Below, piece after piece: positions 53,781 through 63,030 of a stretch of 64,000 nt of DNA (positions are counted from its first letter, which is position 1; each line of letters begins with the position of its first letter). The notes beneath the pieces were generated by a model, which worked only from the letters and a program-made list of their open reading frames with translations, did no database searches and was not told where the DNA came from. The stretch covers positions 36,142 to 100,141 of the forward strand of contig MNXP01000049.1 of assembly GCA_001872625.1 (NCBI GenBank), read 5' to 3'. Position numbers and translations under genes: made by a program. Source of the DNA: Bacteroidetes bacterium CG2_30_33_31. GTDB lineage: Bacteria; Bacteroidota; Bacteroidia; Bacteroidales; UBA1556.

Positions 53781-53788
53781 CAAAAGTA
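53781..53788 (-). promoter_or_regulatory. -7 promoter box (TACTTTTG on the minus strand) for tRNA-Pro
   Basis: Exact TAnnTTTG match, 42 nt upstream of the tRNA 5' end. Confidence 0.45.
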
Positions 53789-53973
53789 AAAATATTTTGA
53801 TATTATCACCGCAATTTTATTCTTTTTTTTAAATATATGTCAATATGGTTTTATATTGCGCCTGCTCAACACTATATGTAATAAATTTATTAAAAATATT
53901 TTTAAAACAAAATTATATTTGAATTTAGGATAGTCAAAATCCATATATATTTAGATTTAAGTTGATAAAAAAT

Positions 53974-53981
53974 TATTTTTG
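53974..53981 (+). promoter_or_regulatory. -7 promoter box TATTTTTG, 4 nt from ATG 53986
   Basis: Exact TAnnTTTG match. It lies downstream of the TTG (53962) used in the ORF track. Confidence 0.45.
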
Positions 53982-53985
53982 CAAA

Positions 53986-54738
53986 ATGCAATATAAACAT
54001 AAATCTATACGTATTTCGGCACTTTCTTATCTAAATACATATCCTTTTGTATTTGCTATCAATGAAAAATTGGCTTCAAAAATTGGAGAAATTAAGTTTG
54101 AAGTACCAGCAGTTTCGGCTCAAAAATTTAAAAATAAAGAAGTCGATGTTGCTCTTGTGCCAGTGGGAGCTTTGCCAGAACTTGTAGATTATGAAATAAT
54201 TACAGATTTTTGCATTGGCTCTAAGGGAAAAGTAAAAACTGTTTCTTTATATTCTAAAGTTCCAATTAATAAAATCCAATGCATATATTTAGACTCAGAA
54301 TCACGTACCTCAGTAAACCTTGTTAAAATCCTCGCTAAAAATTTTTGGAAAATTTCGCCTAAATGGCAAATTTATACAACAGCTATGAATCCTTTGGATT
54401 GTGAATCTGTATTGTTGATAGGGGATAAGACTTTCCCATTAAATGATAAATTTCCATTTGTAATTGATTTATCTGAAGAATGGTTAAAATTTGCAAATCT
54501 TCCATTTACTTTTGCGGTATGGGTAAAACAAAAAGGTATTGATAAAAGTCTCGAAGAAGATCTTAATAAAATTTTTCAATTTGGAATTGACAATATTGCT
54601 CAGCTTTTTGATAAATTTGATGTTAATATTTCACGGGAAGAATTTGAAAATTATCTTATTAATAATATTGATTATACATTTGACAATCCCAAAAAAGTTG
54701 CAATCGAAAAATATTTGACCTTGCTGTCAAATCTATAA
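53986..54738 (+). CDS. mqnA: chorismate dehydratase (futalosine-pathway menaquinone biosynthesis, MqnA)
   Basis: IRISALSYLNTYPFVFAI at the N-terminus and a periplasmic-binding-protein-like fold (..VALVPVG.., ..FAVWV..) are typical of the MqnA/VitK2_biosynth family. I prefer ATG 53986 to TTG 53962 because of the promoter box between them. Confidence 0.7.
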   Translation: MQYKHKSIRISALSYLNTYPFVFAINEKLASKIGEIKFEVPAVSAQKFKNKEVDVALVPVGALPELVDYEIITDFCIGSKGKVKTVSLYSKVPINKIQCIYLDSESRTSVNLVKILAKNFWKISPKWQIYTTAMNPLDCESVLLIGDKTFPLNDKFPFVIDLSEEWLKFANLPFTFAVWVKQKGIDKSLEEDLNKIFQFGIDNIAQLFDKFDVNISREEFENYLINNIDYTFDNPKKVAIEKYLTLLSNL

Positions 54739-54840
54739 TTTAACAAATAATTATTTAAATCACTAATTTTATATTTTTTAGTGTTGAATGGTAAATTATT
54801 GTAAATTAGCCGTGTAAATCAACATAACATTTTTTTACAG

Positions 54841-57800
54841 ATGCGCTATATACTTATTTTGCTTTTATCCATAGCCTTCTCAATTTTAAATGCTCAAAAT
54901 CAAACAATTAACTTCGATTATGAAGCAAGAATTATTGAGAACACAGAGCCATTTCGTCAAATTATTGATGAAGGCGTAAATAGTTTTCAAGTAAAATATA
55001 CTTTTCCAGGTGCATCAATTACCTCTTTTGTAGAAGGTTCTACAATTTTTCAAAAGTTCGGCATCAAAAATTTTTCAGCAAGTCAAAATATTGGATTACC
55101 GTCAGTTCCAGTTCATGTTGATTTCATTCTCGTGCCTGAAGGTTCATTGGCTACTATTCAAATAAACAATGCTCCGAGCATCGAATTCAACAATTTTTTG
55201 ATTTATCCCGCATTACCGCCTACCTCAGATGAATATGGTTCTTCTGATGTAAAGTTTATTATCGATTCAAATTTTTATTCAACAAATGCTGTTTATCCAA
55301 CTAATCCTGTGGAGATTAAGGAAATTGTAAAATTCAAAGGATTGTCAATATTAATGGTCGAAGTTCATCCCATTCAATATAATGCTGGGCAAAGAAAAAT
55401 TTATGTTCACTCTGAAATTAATTACACAGTAACATTTTCTCATGCAAGTCAATTTTTTAATAAAAGCCATTTTAGCATGGCAGCTTTAAATATTTTGCCC
55501 AATTATGTATTGAACAATATTGTTCTTAGGCAAGAAATTTCACAATATTTATCATCAACTGCAGAAAATATTTCTTCTAACTATCTGATAGTTACTCATC
55601 CAGATTATTTGGAAGCTGCAGATTCATTGGCTGCTTGGAAAGAAAAGTTAGGGTTTTCAACACAAATTATCTCTTCAAATTCATGGAATTCCGCTTCTAT
55701 AAAAAATGCTATAAAAAATTGGTATCTTAATAACAATCCTAAACCAGATTATTTTGTTCTTTTAGGTGATAACAACACAGTTCCAGCAGAAGAAATTTCC
55801 AACGGGCTAAATTATTTTAGCTCCGATCTTTATTATTCGACCATGGATGGTATAGCAGATTATGTTCCAGATTTAGCTTATGGTCGAATTTCAGTTTCAA
55901 ATCGAAGCCAAGCTATAGTGGTGGTAAATAAAATCATCAAATACGAAAGCAATCCTATAATAAATAATGATTTTTATTCTAAAGGCTTGATTTGTACTTC
56001 TTTTCAAGATAATGGTTATGGTTATGATAAACGACCTTTTGCTAAAACTTCTGAAGAAATTATAGAAAAAGTATCAAATTTAGGAATTAATATCGATAGA
56101 GTTTACTCTTCTGACTCCAGTTCTAATCCACTATTTTGGAATAATGACTTCTATTCTGATGGTCAAAACTTAACAAATAATCTGAAGAAACCAATTTTCA
56201 TGTGGGATGGCTCAAATTCTAAAATTAGAAATTATATTAATGAGGGCAGATTTTTTGTTTTACATAGAGGATTGGGAATGACTGATGGTTGGGGAAGTCC
56301 ATATTTTACTTCCAATGATATTAATTCGTTGTCTAACAATAATAAACTTCCTATAGTATTCAGCATCAATAGTCTTAGTGGAAAATTTATAAATGCTGAA
56401 TGTTTTGCAGAAAAATTATTACGCAAAAATAATGCTGCTGTAGGTGTATTTGCTCAAGGTGACATAAGTTTTAGTGGTTTTAATGATGGACTATCTAAGG
56501 GCATATTTGATGCAATATGGCCAAATACTGGCTTGGTTTCAAATTTCACAGGAGTTGGTAATTATGGTAATAATGTGTATCCTCAAAATGAAATTTTTAA
56601 AATGGGCGATATTAGCAATCAAGCATTGAACAGAATGGTGGAAATTTGGGGAGGAAATGCTGCAGAAATAAAATATAATTACGAAATAGAGAATTTTTTT
56701 GGTGACCCTGCTATGGATTTTAGAACAAGCAATCCAATAGCAATTTCAGCAGTTTGTGTTGATACAATTACTTGTCAATCTGATACTTCATTAACAATCT
56801 CAAATTCTAATTTTGATGGTTTAGCAACCCTCGTTGTGGATAATAAAATGATTTCAAAAGCAGAAATTAAAAACGGAAATGCTACATTATATTTTCAAAA
56901 AATTAGAGGAGGCAAATGTATTTTGACAATCTCTGGTCATAATATGATACCATTTTCAAAAGTGATTATAAATGATGGCTCTTGCTTGAGCGCTAATTTT
57001 AATATCTCATCACCAAAATTTTGCCTTGAGGACAGTATTTTGGTTTCAGACAATAGCGGTGGAAATATTGCAAGCAGGCAATGGAATTTTGGCATCGATG
57101 CAACACCAAGCAGCGGAAATGGCATAGGTCCCTTTTATATTCATTACTTAACGTCTGGGCAAAAAACCATAACTCTAACAATATTAGATAATAATAATTC
57201 ATCAGTAAGAACCAAAGATTTTTTGATTGATCAAGATTGTAAGTACATAATTCCATCATTAAGTTATACCGAAATAGATAAATGTTCTGGCATATTGACT
57301 GATGATGGAGGTAATGGAAATTATTCTGGAAATTCATACGGCATTACAACAATATCTCCAACTGGAGCTTCATCAGTAAGTTTAAATTTTTCTCAATTTT
57401 CTTTTGAAGCTAATGCTGATTTTTTAAAAATCTACGATGGCCCTAACGAGTCAAGTCCATTAATTGGAGTATTTACTGGGAACAATCTGCCAGACAGCGG
57501 CCATATAACCTCTTCGTCAGGAAGTATTACACTTGTTCAACAGAGCGATTCTTATAATAATCTCGACGGTTTTATGCTTCAATGGCAATGTAATTATACA
57601 ACTAATAGCCCAATGTGTGATTTTTTAATTGATGACAGTTTAAGTTGTGATGGAGCAATAAAATTTCATGATAATTCTACTAATGGACCAATTTCATGGC
57701 TGTGGAATTTTGGAGATGGCTCATTTTCTACTCAAAAATTTCCTGAACATATATACTCTGCTAATGGAATTTACTCAGTTTCTTTAATTGTAAGCAATGC

Positions 57801-59016
57801 TTATGGTTCAGATACATTGATAAAAACTGCTGCAATAAACATCCAAAAACCAAGTCAGCCACAAGCAATTGATAATGAAAGATGTAAAGCTGGAGAAGTA
57901 GCAATATCAACAACTTATAATGGTAATGGTACTGTAAATTGGTTCAATTTCCATAATGATAGTTTATTAATTGATACAGGTTTTGTTTTTGTAACACCTT
58001 CAATCTCTCAAACAAAAAATTATTACGCAGAAGTACACGAAGATCAGCAATCTTTATATGTTGGCAAAAAAAATAACATAGGAAATGGCGGTTATTACAA
58101 TTCAACGGATGAAAAATATTTGGTTTTTGATTGCTTTGAGAACTCAGTATTAAAATCAGTTAAAGTTTATGCCATGACAAGTGGATATCGCACAATTTTG
58201 CTTCAAAATAGTGGAGGAGGACTTATACAGTCCAAAAAGATTTTTATTTCTTCTGGTGAACATAGAATAAAAATTGATTTTAATATTCCAGCTGGCATGA
58301 ATCTTAGACTTGCTTGTTCAGAGTCACCAAATTTATATCAAAATGCTGATTCGATAAATTTCCCCTATAATCTTCAAAATTTGATTTCAATTAAACATTC
58401 AAATGATACATCATTATTAACAAATAATTACTACTATTTTTACGATTGGGAAATAAAAAATAGTGATTGTATTAGTTCAAGAATAGCTGTAACTGCATTC
58501 ATATCTGATACATTAGCTCCCACGGCAAATTTTACTTTTACTAATAATGATCCTATTATTAATTTTAGCAATAATGGAAATTTTGGACAATCTTACTATT
58601 GGGATTTCGGTGATGGAAATTTTTCATTGCTCGAAAATCCTTCACATCATTATACTTCGAATGGAAACTTTAATGTAAAATTCATAAGTTCAAATTTATG
58701 TGGAATAAATTATAGCATTCAACAAGTTTCTATAGTCTCTGCAAGTTTACAGACAAATACATCCATATCTTCTATTAAAATCTATCCTATTCCTTCATCT
58801 GAAAGTATTAATATTGAATTAAATAGCGATAAACATCAGCAATTAGATATTCAAATTATTGATTTGAGCGGGAGAATAATTTTCTTTGACAAGCATGAAA
58901 TTATCAAAGGAATAAATAGTTTTTCTATTGAAGTTTCAAAATTTGCAAAAGGAATTTATTACCTAAACTTGTCAAGCGATGATGGTAATATTATCAGAAA
59001 AATTGTTGCTAATTGA
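54841..59016 (+). CDS. T9SS-secreted gingipain-family (peptidase C25) homologue with CUB-like and PKD domains and a C-terminal Por sorting domain; catalytic dyad apparently substituted
   Basis: 1,391 aa with a signal peptide. The C25 region (YLIVTHPDYLEAADSLAAWKEKLGF ... LPIVFSINSLSGKF ... FFGDPAMDF) aligns without gaps to RgpB around His211/Cys244. CUB-like: FLKIYDGPNESSPLIGVFTG. PKD: WNFGDGSFS...H.Y...G.Y and WDFGDGNFS...H.Y.SNG.F. CTD: IKIYPIPSSESINIEL...GIYYLNLSSDDGNIIRKIV. Confidence 0.85.
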   Translation: MRYILILLLSIAFSILNAQNQTINFDYEARIIENTEPFRQIIDEGVNSFQVKYTFPGASITSFVEGSTIFQKFGIKNFSASQNIGLPSVPVHVDFILVPEGSLATIQINNAPSIEFNNFLIYPALPPTSDEYGSSDVKFIIDSNFYSTNAVYPTNPVEIKEIVKFKGLSILMVEVHPIQYNAGQRKIYVHSEINYTVTFSHASQFFNKSHFSMAALNILPNYVLNNIVLRQEISQYLSSTAENISSNYLIVTHPDYLEAADSLAAWKEKLGFSTQIISSNSWNSASIKNAIKNWYLNNNPKPDYFVLLGDNNTVPAEEISNGLNYFSSDLYYSTMDGIADYVPDLAYGRISVSNRSQAIVVVNKIIKYESNPIINNDFYSKGLICTSFQDNGYGYDKRPFAKTSEEIIEKVSNLGINIDRVYSSDSSSNPLFWNNDFYSDGQNLTNNLKKPIFMWDGSNSKIRNYINEGRFFVLHRGLGMTDGWGSPYFTSNDINSLSNNNKLPIVFSINSLSGKFINAECFAEKLLRKNNAAVGVFAQGDISFSGFNDGLSKGIFDAIWPNTGLVSNFTGVGNYGNNVYPQNEIFKMGDISNQALNRMVEIWGGNAAEIKYNYEIENFFGDPAMDFRTSNPIAISAVCVDTITCQSDTSLTISNSNFDGLATLVVDNKMISKAEIKNGNATLYFQKIRGGKCILTISGHNMIPFSKVIINDGSCLSANFNISSPKFCLEDSILVSDNSGGNIASRQWNFGIDATPSSGNGIGPFYIHYLTSGQKTITLTILDNNNSSVRTKDFLIDQDCKYIIPSLSYTEIDKCSGILTDDGGNGNYSGNSYGITTISPTGASSVSLNFSQFSFEANADFLKIYDGPNESSPLIGVFTGNNLPDSGHITSSSGSITLVQQSDSYNNLDGFMLQWQCNYTTNSPMCDFLIDDSLSCDGAIKFHDNSTNGPISWLWNFGDGSFSTQKFPEHIYSANGIYSVSLIVSNAYGSDTLIKTAAINIQKPSQPQAIDNERCKAGEVAISTTYNGNGTVNWFNFHNDSLLIDTGFVFVTPSISQTKNYYAEVHEDQQSLYVGKKNNIGNGGYYNSTDEKYLVFDCFENSVLKSVKVYAMTSGYRTILLQNSGGGLIQSKKIFISSGEHRIKIDFNIPAGMNLRLACSESPNLYQNADSINFPYNLQNLISIKHSNDTSLLTNNYYYFYDWEIKNSDCISSRIAVTAFISDTLAPTANFTFTNNDPIINFSNNGNFGQSYYWDFGDGNFSLLENPSHHYTSNGNFNVKFISSNLCGINYSIQQVSIVSASLQTNTSISSIKIYPIPSSESINIELNSDKHQQLDIQIIDLSGRIIFFDKHEIIKGINSFSIEVSKFAKGIYYLNLSSDDGNIIRKIVAN

Positions 59017-59074
59017 TAATTTGAAATCTATAGTAAATTTCAAATAAATTAATTATCTAATCCTTAAATGCATT

Positions 59075-59683
59075 TCAATGAAATTTCTTAACACCAGCAT
59101 TTATTTCGATATCTAAAGTATTTTCATAAGGTGGAATAGGGCAGGAAAAACGGTGATTATAAGCACAATAAGGATTATATGCTTTATTAAAATCAATAAT
59201 CAGACTTTCATTTTTGGAAATTCTCAAATCCACATATCTACCGCCTTTGTAAGATTCCTTTCCAGAAGTTTTATCTACAAACGGAATAAAAAGATAATCC
59301 TTGTAGCCTTCTTTTTTTATTAACTCTTGGTTCTGGTAAACATTTAACTTGAATGTTTTGCCATCAATATTAAAATAAGCTTCGCCATATTTCACATAAA
59401 CAGGCAATCTATCTGTTGTAGTTTTCATTCCAAAAGGCAACTCTTCAGGGGTTCGCACAAAAGATGCGGTAACACAAAACTTCTTATCAATTTTATAAAA
59501 ATCAAGTTCCTTAAAAAGTGCTAAATCCTTTTTACTTAAAGGACTTTCAATGCTATCTTGAAATTCGGAATTCAATGTATCTTGCCATGCTTTTATTGCA
59601 TTCAAATATAAAGTATCAGCATTGCTACAGCTACCGAAGCTGTAAAAAAGCATAAATGAAATTAGATAATAATAAGCTTTCAT
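59075..59683 (-). CDS. DUF1684 domain-containing protein
   Basis: 202 aa with a signal/lipoprotein-like N-terminus. The C-terminal FNKAYNPYCAYNHRFSCPIPPYENTLDIEINAGVKKF matches the DUF1684 signature. Confidence 0.75.
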   Translation of the reverse strand: MKAYYYLISFMLFYSFGSCSNADTLYLNAIKAWQDTLNSEFQDSIESPLSKKDLALFKELDFYKIDKKFCVTASFVRTPEELPFGMKTTTDRLPVYVKYGEAYFNIDGKTFKLNVYQNQELIKKEGYKDYLFIPFVDKTSGKESYKGGRYVDLRISKNESLIIDFNKAYNPYCAYNHRFSCPIPPYENTLDIEINAGVKKFH

Positions 59684-59706
59684 AAAATTTATATTGATAT
59701 TTGAAA

Positions 59707-60942
59707 CTAAAATTTAGGATAACAAAGGAAAAATTTCTTGCTTGCAAAATTAGATAAACTACTATTCCATTGGTCAGAAACCAAAGAAATATCTTTCACA
59801 CTGCCATCTTTCATTAAAATATTAATGTTATCTTTTGAATAATCATAAAAATGATTTTCAGAAGTGCCAGTAAAAACATAATATTCAGGATGTTCGGCTG
59901 CAAAAGGCAACTTTAGTTTAAGAGTTCGGATTAAATTACCGAGTTCTTCTTTAGTAAAGGCATCATCTTTTAAAGATATTTTCAATAGATTTCTGTTTAT
60001 CAATCTACTACATAAATCTGAAAGAATTAAATCTTTATGTTTTGTCCATACTTTTATAGAGCTCAAAATGTCGAAATCATCCAAAAGGCTAAAATTTTCC
60101 AATGGTTCATCAGATTTTAGAAAATCAACTTTTTGGATATTGTTGTAAAGGAAAAAAGCTAATGCAGGTGTCGAAAAAAGTTCAACATTTTGTGCAGCCA
60201 AAACTTTTGCTCTTTTCAAAATATTTATAAGCATAAATTCAGCAGATAAAACTGCCTTATGCAAATATACTTGCCAATACATTATTCTTCTGGCATTCAA
60301 AAAGTTATCAATAGAATATATACCTTTATGCTCAACCACAAGAGAATCATCTTTAACATTGAGCATGTTTAAAATTCTTCCACTGCCGATAACTCCTTCC
60401 GAAACACCAGTGTAAAAACTGTCGCGTCTTAAGTAATCCATTCTATCTACATCAAGCTGGCTACTAATAAGTTGAGAGAGATATTTTTTAGGATAATTCC
60501 CTTGAAATATATCAATGGCTATTTTTAGTTTACCAAAAAATTGCTCATTCAATTTTTTCATCATTAAAAGTGAAATTTCTTCATGTGAAATATCATTTAC
60601 AATTGAATGTTCTAAGGCATGCGAGAATGGACCATGACCAATATCATGCATAAGAATAGCAGCTTTTGCAGCTTTTACTTCGTCATTGTTAATATTTTGT
60701 TTTTTGAGTTTTAAATTTTTCAGAGCCTCATCCATTAAAAACATAGTGCCCAAAGCATGCTGAAATCTTGTGTGAATAGCTCCTGGATAAACAATATCCG
60801 TAAGTCCTAATTGTTTTATTCTTCTAAGACGCTGAAAATAAGAGTGCTCTATTATATCGAATAAAATGTTGTGGCTAATTGAAATAAAACCATGAACAGG
60901 GTCGTTAATAATTTTCTTCTTATTGCCTGAAGTATTTCCCAT
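59707..60942 (-). CDS. HD-domain phosphohydrolase (dNTP triphosphohydrolase-like)
   Basis: 411 aa. Motifs: INDPVHGFI, RLRRIKQLG, TRFQHALG, MHDIGHGPFSH and DVDRMDYLRRDS. Confidence 0.8.
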   Translation of the reverse strand: MGNTSGNKKKIINDPVHGFISISHNILFDIIEHSYFQRLRRIKQLGLTDIVYPGAIHTRFQHALGTMFLMDEALKNLKLKKQNINNDEVKAAKAAILMHDIGHGPFSHALEHSIVNDISHEEISLLMMKKLNEQFFGKLKIAIDIFQGNYPKKYLSQLISSQLDVDRMDYLRRDSFYTGVSEGVIGSGRILNMLNVKDDSLVVEHKGIYSIDNFLNARRIMYWQVYLHKAVLSAEFMLINILKRAKVLAAQNVELFSTPALAFFLYNNIQKVDFLKSDEPLENFSLLDDFDILSSIKVWTKHKDLILSDLCSRLINRNLLKISLKDDAFTKEELGNLIRTLKLKLPFAAEHPEYYVFTGTSENHFYDYSKDNINILMKDGSVKDISLVSDQWNSSLSNFASKKFFLCYPKF

Positions 60943-60989
60943 TTAAGTAATATTAAGATGTTAAAAGTCTTGACATGTAAATTTACAAC

Positions 60990-60997
60990 TATTTTTG
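60990..60997 (+). promoter_or_regulatory. -7 promoter box TATTTTTG
   Basis: Exact TAnnTTTG match, 34 nt upstream of ATG 61032. Confidence 0.45.
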
Positions 60998-61031
60998 TAA
61001 CGTAGCTTTATTATAAATATTAATAGATAAA

Positions 61032-62585
61032 ATGAATAATATAAAGATATTATGGGTTGATGATGAAATAGATATGTTGCGCCCACATATAATTTTTTTA
61101 GCAAGCAAAGGATATAAAGTTGATACCATTAATAATGGCAACGACGCTCTTGACTTAATTTCTGTAAATAATTATGACCTTATTTTTTTAGATGAAAATA
61201 TGCCAGGGCTTTCTGGAATAGAAGTTTTATCTTTAATCAATAAAATAAATCCTCTTTTACCGGTAATAATGATTACTAAGAGCGAAGAAGAGTCAATTAT
61301 GGAAGATGCAATTGGTTCTAATATAGCAGATTATCTGATTAAACCTGTGAATCCTAATCAAATATTGCTTGCAATAAAAAAGAATATTGATAGCCGCAAG
61401 ATAATTTCCAACAAAAATTCCTCAGAATATCAGCAAGAATTTAGAGAAATTGGAATTGAACTTTCAAACGATTTAGATTTTGAAGAATGGATTTCTATTT
61501 ACAAAAAGATTGTGACTTGGGAACTCAAGCTTGAAAAATCTACTGATGAGGGAATTTTAGGAATATTACAGATTCAGAAGGAAGAAGCTAACAAATTATT
61601 TTCTAACTATGTTTGTGAAAATTATGAGACTTGGGTAGGAGGGAAGATCGGGAAAAAACCATGCCAATCTCATATAGTTGTGAAAGATAAGATTTTACCT
61701 ATGGTTGAATCAGGAAAAACTACTTTTCTTTTTGTGATAGACAATCTACGATATGACCAATGGAAAACAATTTACCCAATTTTAAGCGAATATTTCAGAA
61801 TTGAAAATGAAGATATTTACTACAGTATTTTGCCGACCACAACCCAGTATGCGCGAAATGCTTTATTTTCTGGGTTGATGCCATCAATGATTTCATCATT
61901 ATATCCACATTATTGGACTGAGGAAAGTGATGAAGGAACAAAAAATCAATTTGAAGAACAGCTTTTTGCAGAACAGCTCAAACGACTCGGGAGCAAAATA
62001 AAATTTTCCTATAATAAAGTCCTTTCATTTAACTCTGGCAAAAAGTTACAAGAAAATCTTCATACCTTAATGCACAATGACTTAAATATTATAGTTTACA
62101 ATTTTGTGGATATGCTAAGCCATGCTCGCACCGAAATGGAAGTTATTCGCGAATTAGCGTCGGATGAAAAGGCTTATCGTTCTCTCACTCTTTCTTGGTT
62201 TAACAATTCTCCTTTGCTCGCAATGATGAAATATGTGGCAGAAAAGGGTGGCAAAATGATAATTACCACAGACCATGGCTCTATAAAAGTAAAGAAACCT
62301 ATTAAAGTAATTGGCGACAAGAACACAAATACAAATTTGAGATACAAGTTCGGTAAAAGCTTGGAATACAAAGAGAAAGAAGTTTTTTCTGTTCGTAAAC
62401 CAGAAAATATTTTTCTACCAAAACCAAACCTAAGCACATCATATATTTTTTGCAAAGACACAGACTTTTTTGTTTATCCTAATAATTTCAATTATTTCGC
62501 TTCTTTTTATAAGGACTCATTTCAACATGGTGGCATTTCACTGGAAGAAATGCTAATTCCATTAATTACATTAAATGCCAAATAA
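61032..62585 (+). CDS. porX: T9SS response regulator PorX (receiver plus PglZ/alkaline-phosphatase-like domain)
   Basis: 517 aa. REC: KILWVDDE...DLIFLDENMPG...VIMITKS...DYLIKP. C-terminal PglZ-type domain: FLFVIDNLRYDQW..., ...HARTE..., ...TTDHGS..., QHGGISLEE. The length and architecture match PorX. Confidence 0.8.
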   Translation: MNNIKILWVDDEIDMLRPHIIFLASKGYKVDTINNGNDALDLISVNNYDLIFLDENMPGLSGIEVLSLINKINPLLPVIMITKSEEESIMEDAIGSNIADYLIKPVNPNQILLAIKKNIDSRKIISNKNSSEYQQEFREIGIELSNDLDFEEWISIYKKIVTWELKLEKSTDEGILGILQIQKEEANKLFSNYVCENYETWVGGKIGKKPCQSHIVVKDKILPMVESGKTTFLFVIDNLRYDQWKTIYPILSEYFRIENEDIYYSILPTTTQYARNALFSGLMPSMISSLYPHYWTEESDEGTKNQFEEQLFAEQLKRLGSKIKFSYNKVLSFNSGKKLQENLHTLMHNDLNIIVYNFVDMLSHARTEMEVIRELASDEKAYRSLTLSWFNNSPLLAMMKYVAEKGGKMIITTDHGSIKVKKPIKVIGDKNTNTNLRYKFGKSLEYKEKEVFSVRKPENIFLPKPNLSTSYIFCKDTDFFVYPNNFNYFASFYKDSFQHGGISLEEMLIPLITLNAK

Positions 62586-63013
62586 TGATTTTTTTTGATG
62601 TTCAAGTTTCAGAATTACATGAAATTGCTAATAAAGTTTTAAAAAAATTCCCCGAGGAGCGCATATTTGTTTTTGATGCCGTTATGGGAGCTGGTAAAAC
62701 AAGTTTTATTACTAAATTTTGTAACATTCTTGGAGTAGATAATCAAGTTGCAAGTCCAACTTTCGCAATAATCAATGCTTATATGTCAAAATTTGGTAAT
62801 GAAATCTATCATTTTGATTTTTATAGACTTAACAAAATTGAAGATGCATTTGAAATCGGTTTTTATGAATATTTAGAATCGGGAAACTACTGCTTTATTG
62901 AATGGCCTAATTTAATATATCCATACCTTCCAAATAAATATGTTAAGATTAAAATTTTACAAAAAAACTCTGCTGACTTAAGGGATATTGAAGTTAATTT
63001 AAATTTTTCTTAA
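62585..63013 (+). CDS. tsaE: tRNA t6A37 biosynthesis ATPase TsaE
   Basis: 142 aa. Has GAGKTSF (Walker A), SPTFAIIN.Y and Y.HFDFYRL. The ATG overlaps the porX stop (TAATG). Confidence 0.85.
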   Translation: MIFFDVQVSELHEIANKVLKKFPEERIFVFDAVMGAGKTSFITKFCNILGVDNQVASPTFAIINAYMSKFGNEIYHFDFYRLNKIEDAFEIGFYEYLESGNYCFIEWPNLIYPYLPNKYVKIKILQKNSADLRDIEVNLNFS

Positions 63014-63030
63014 AAACTACAAAGCTAATT

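Noticed and set aside
56937-57337. 62-aa and 112-aa minus-strand ORFs inside the C25 gene.
   Set aside because: They are antisense to a 4.2-kb ORF with clear domain content, and they have no motifs or promoter context.
54841-59016. The C25-family protein could be the T9SS sortase PorU.
   Set aside because: It carries CUB-like and PKD domains and a typical cleavable type-A C-terminal sorting domain. It has no porV neighbour, and the catalytic Cys position is Ser. It looks like cargo, not the sortase.
59019-59045. The hairpin atttgaaat/atttcaaat between the C25 gene and the DUF1684 gene, as a terminator.
   Set aside because: The stem is almost entirely A-T (one G-C pair) and would be very weak. 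I left it out of the feature list.
61032-62585. A PglZ domain as a marker of a BREX/DISARM-type phage defence system.
   Set aside because: The PglZ domain is fused to an N-terminal receiver in a 517-aa protein, which is the PorX architecture. No brxC, pglX, brxL or methyltransferase gene is nearby, and the neighbours are tsaE and an HD hydrolase.
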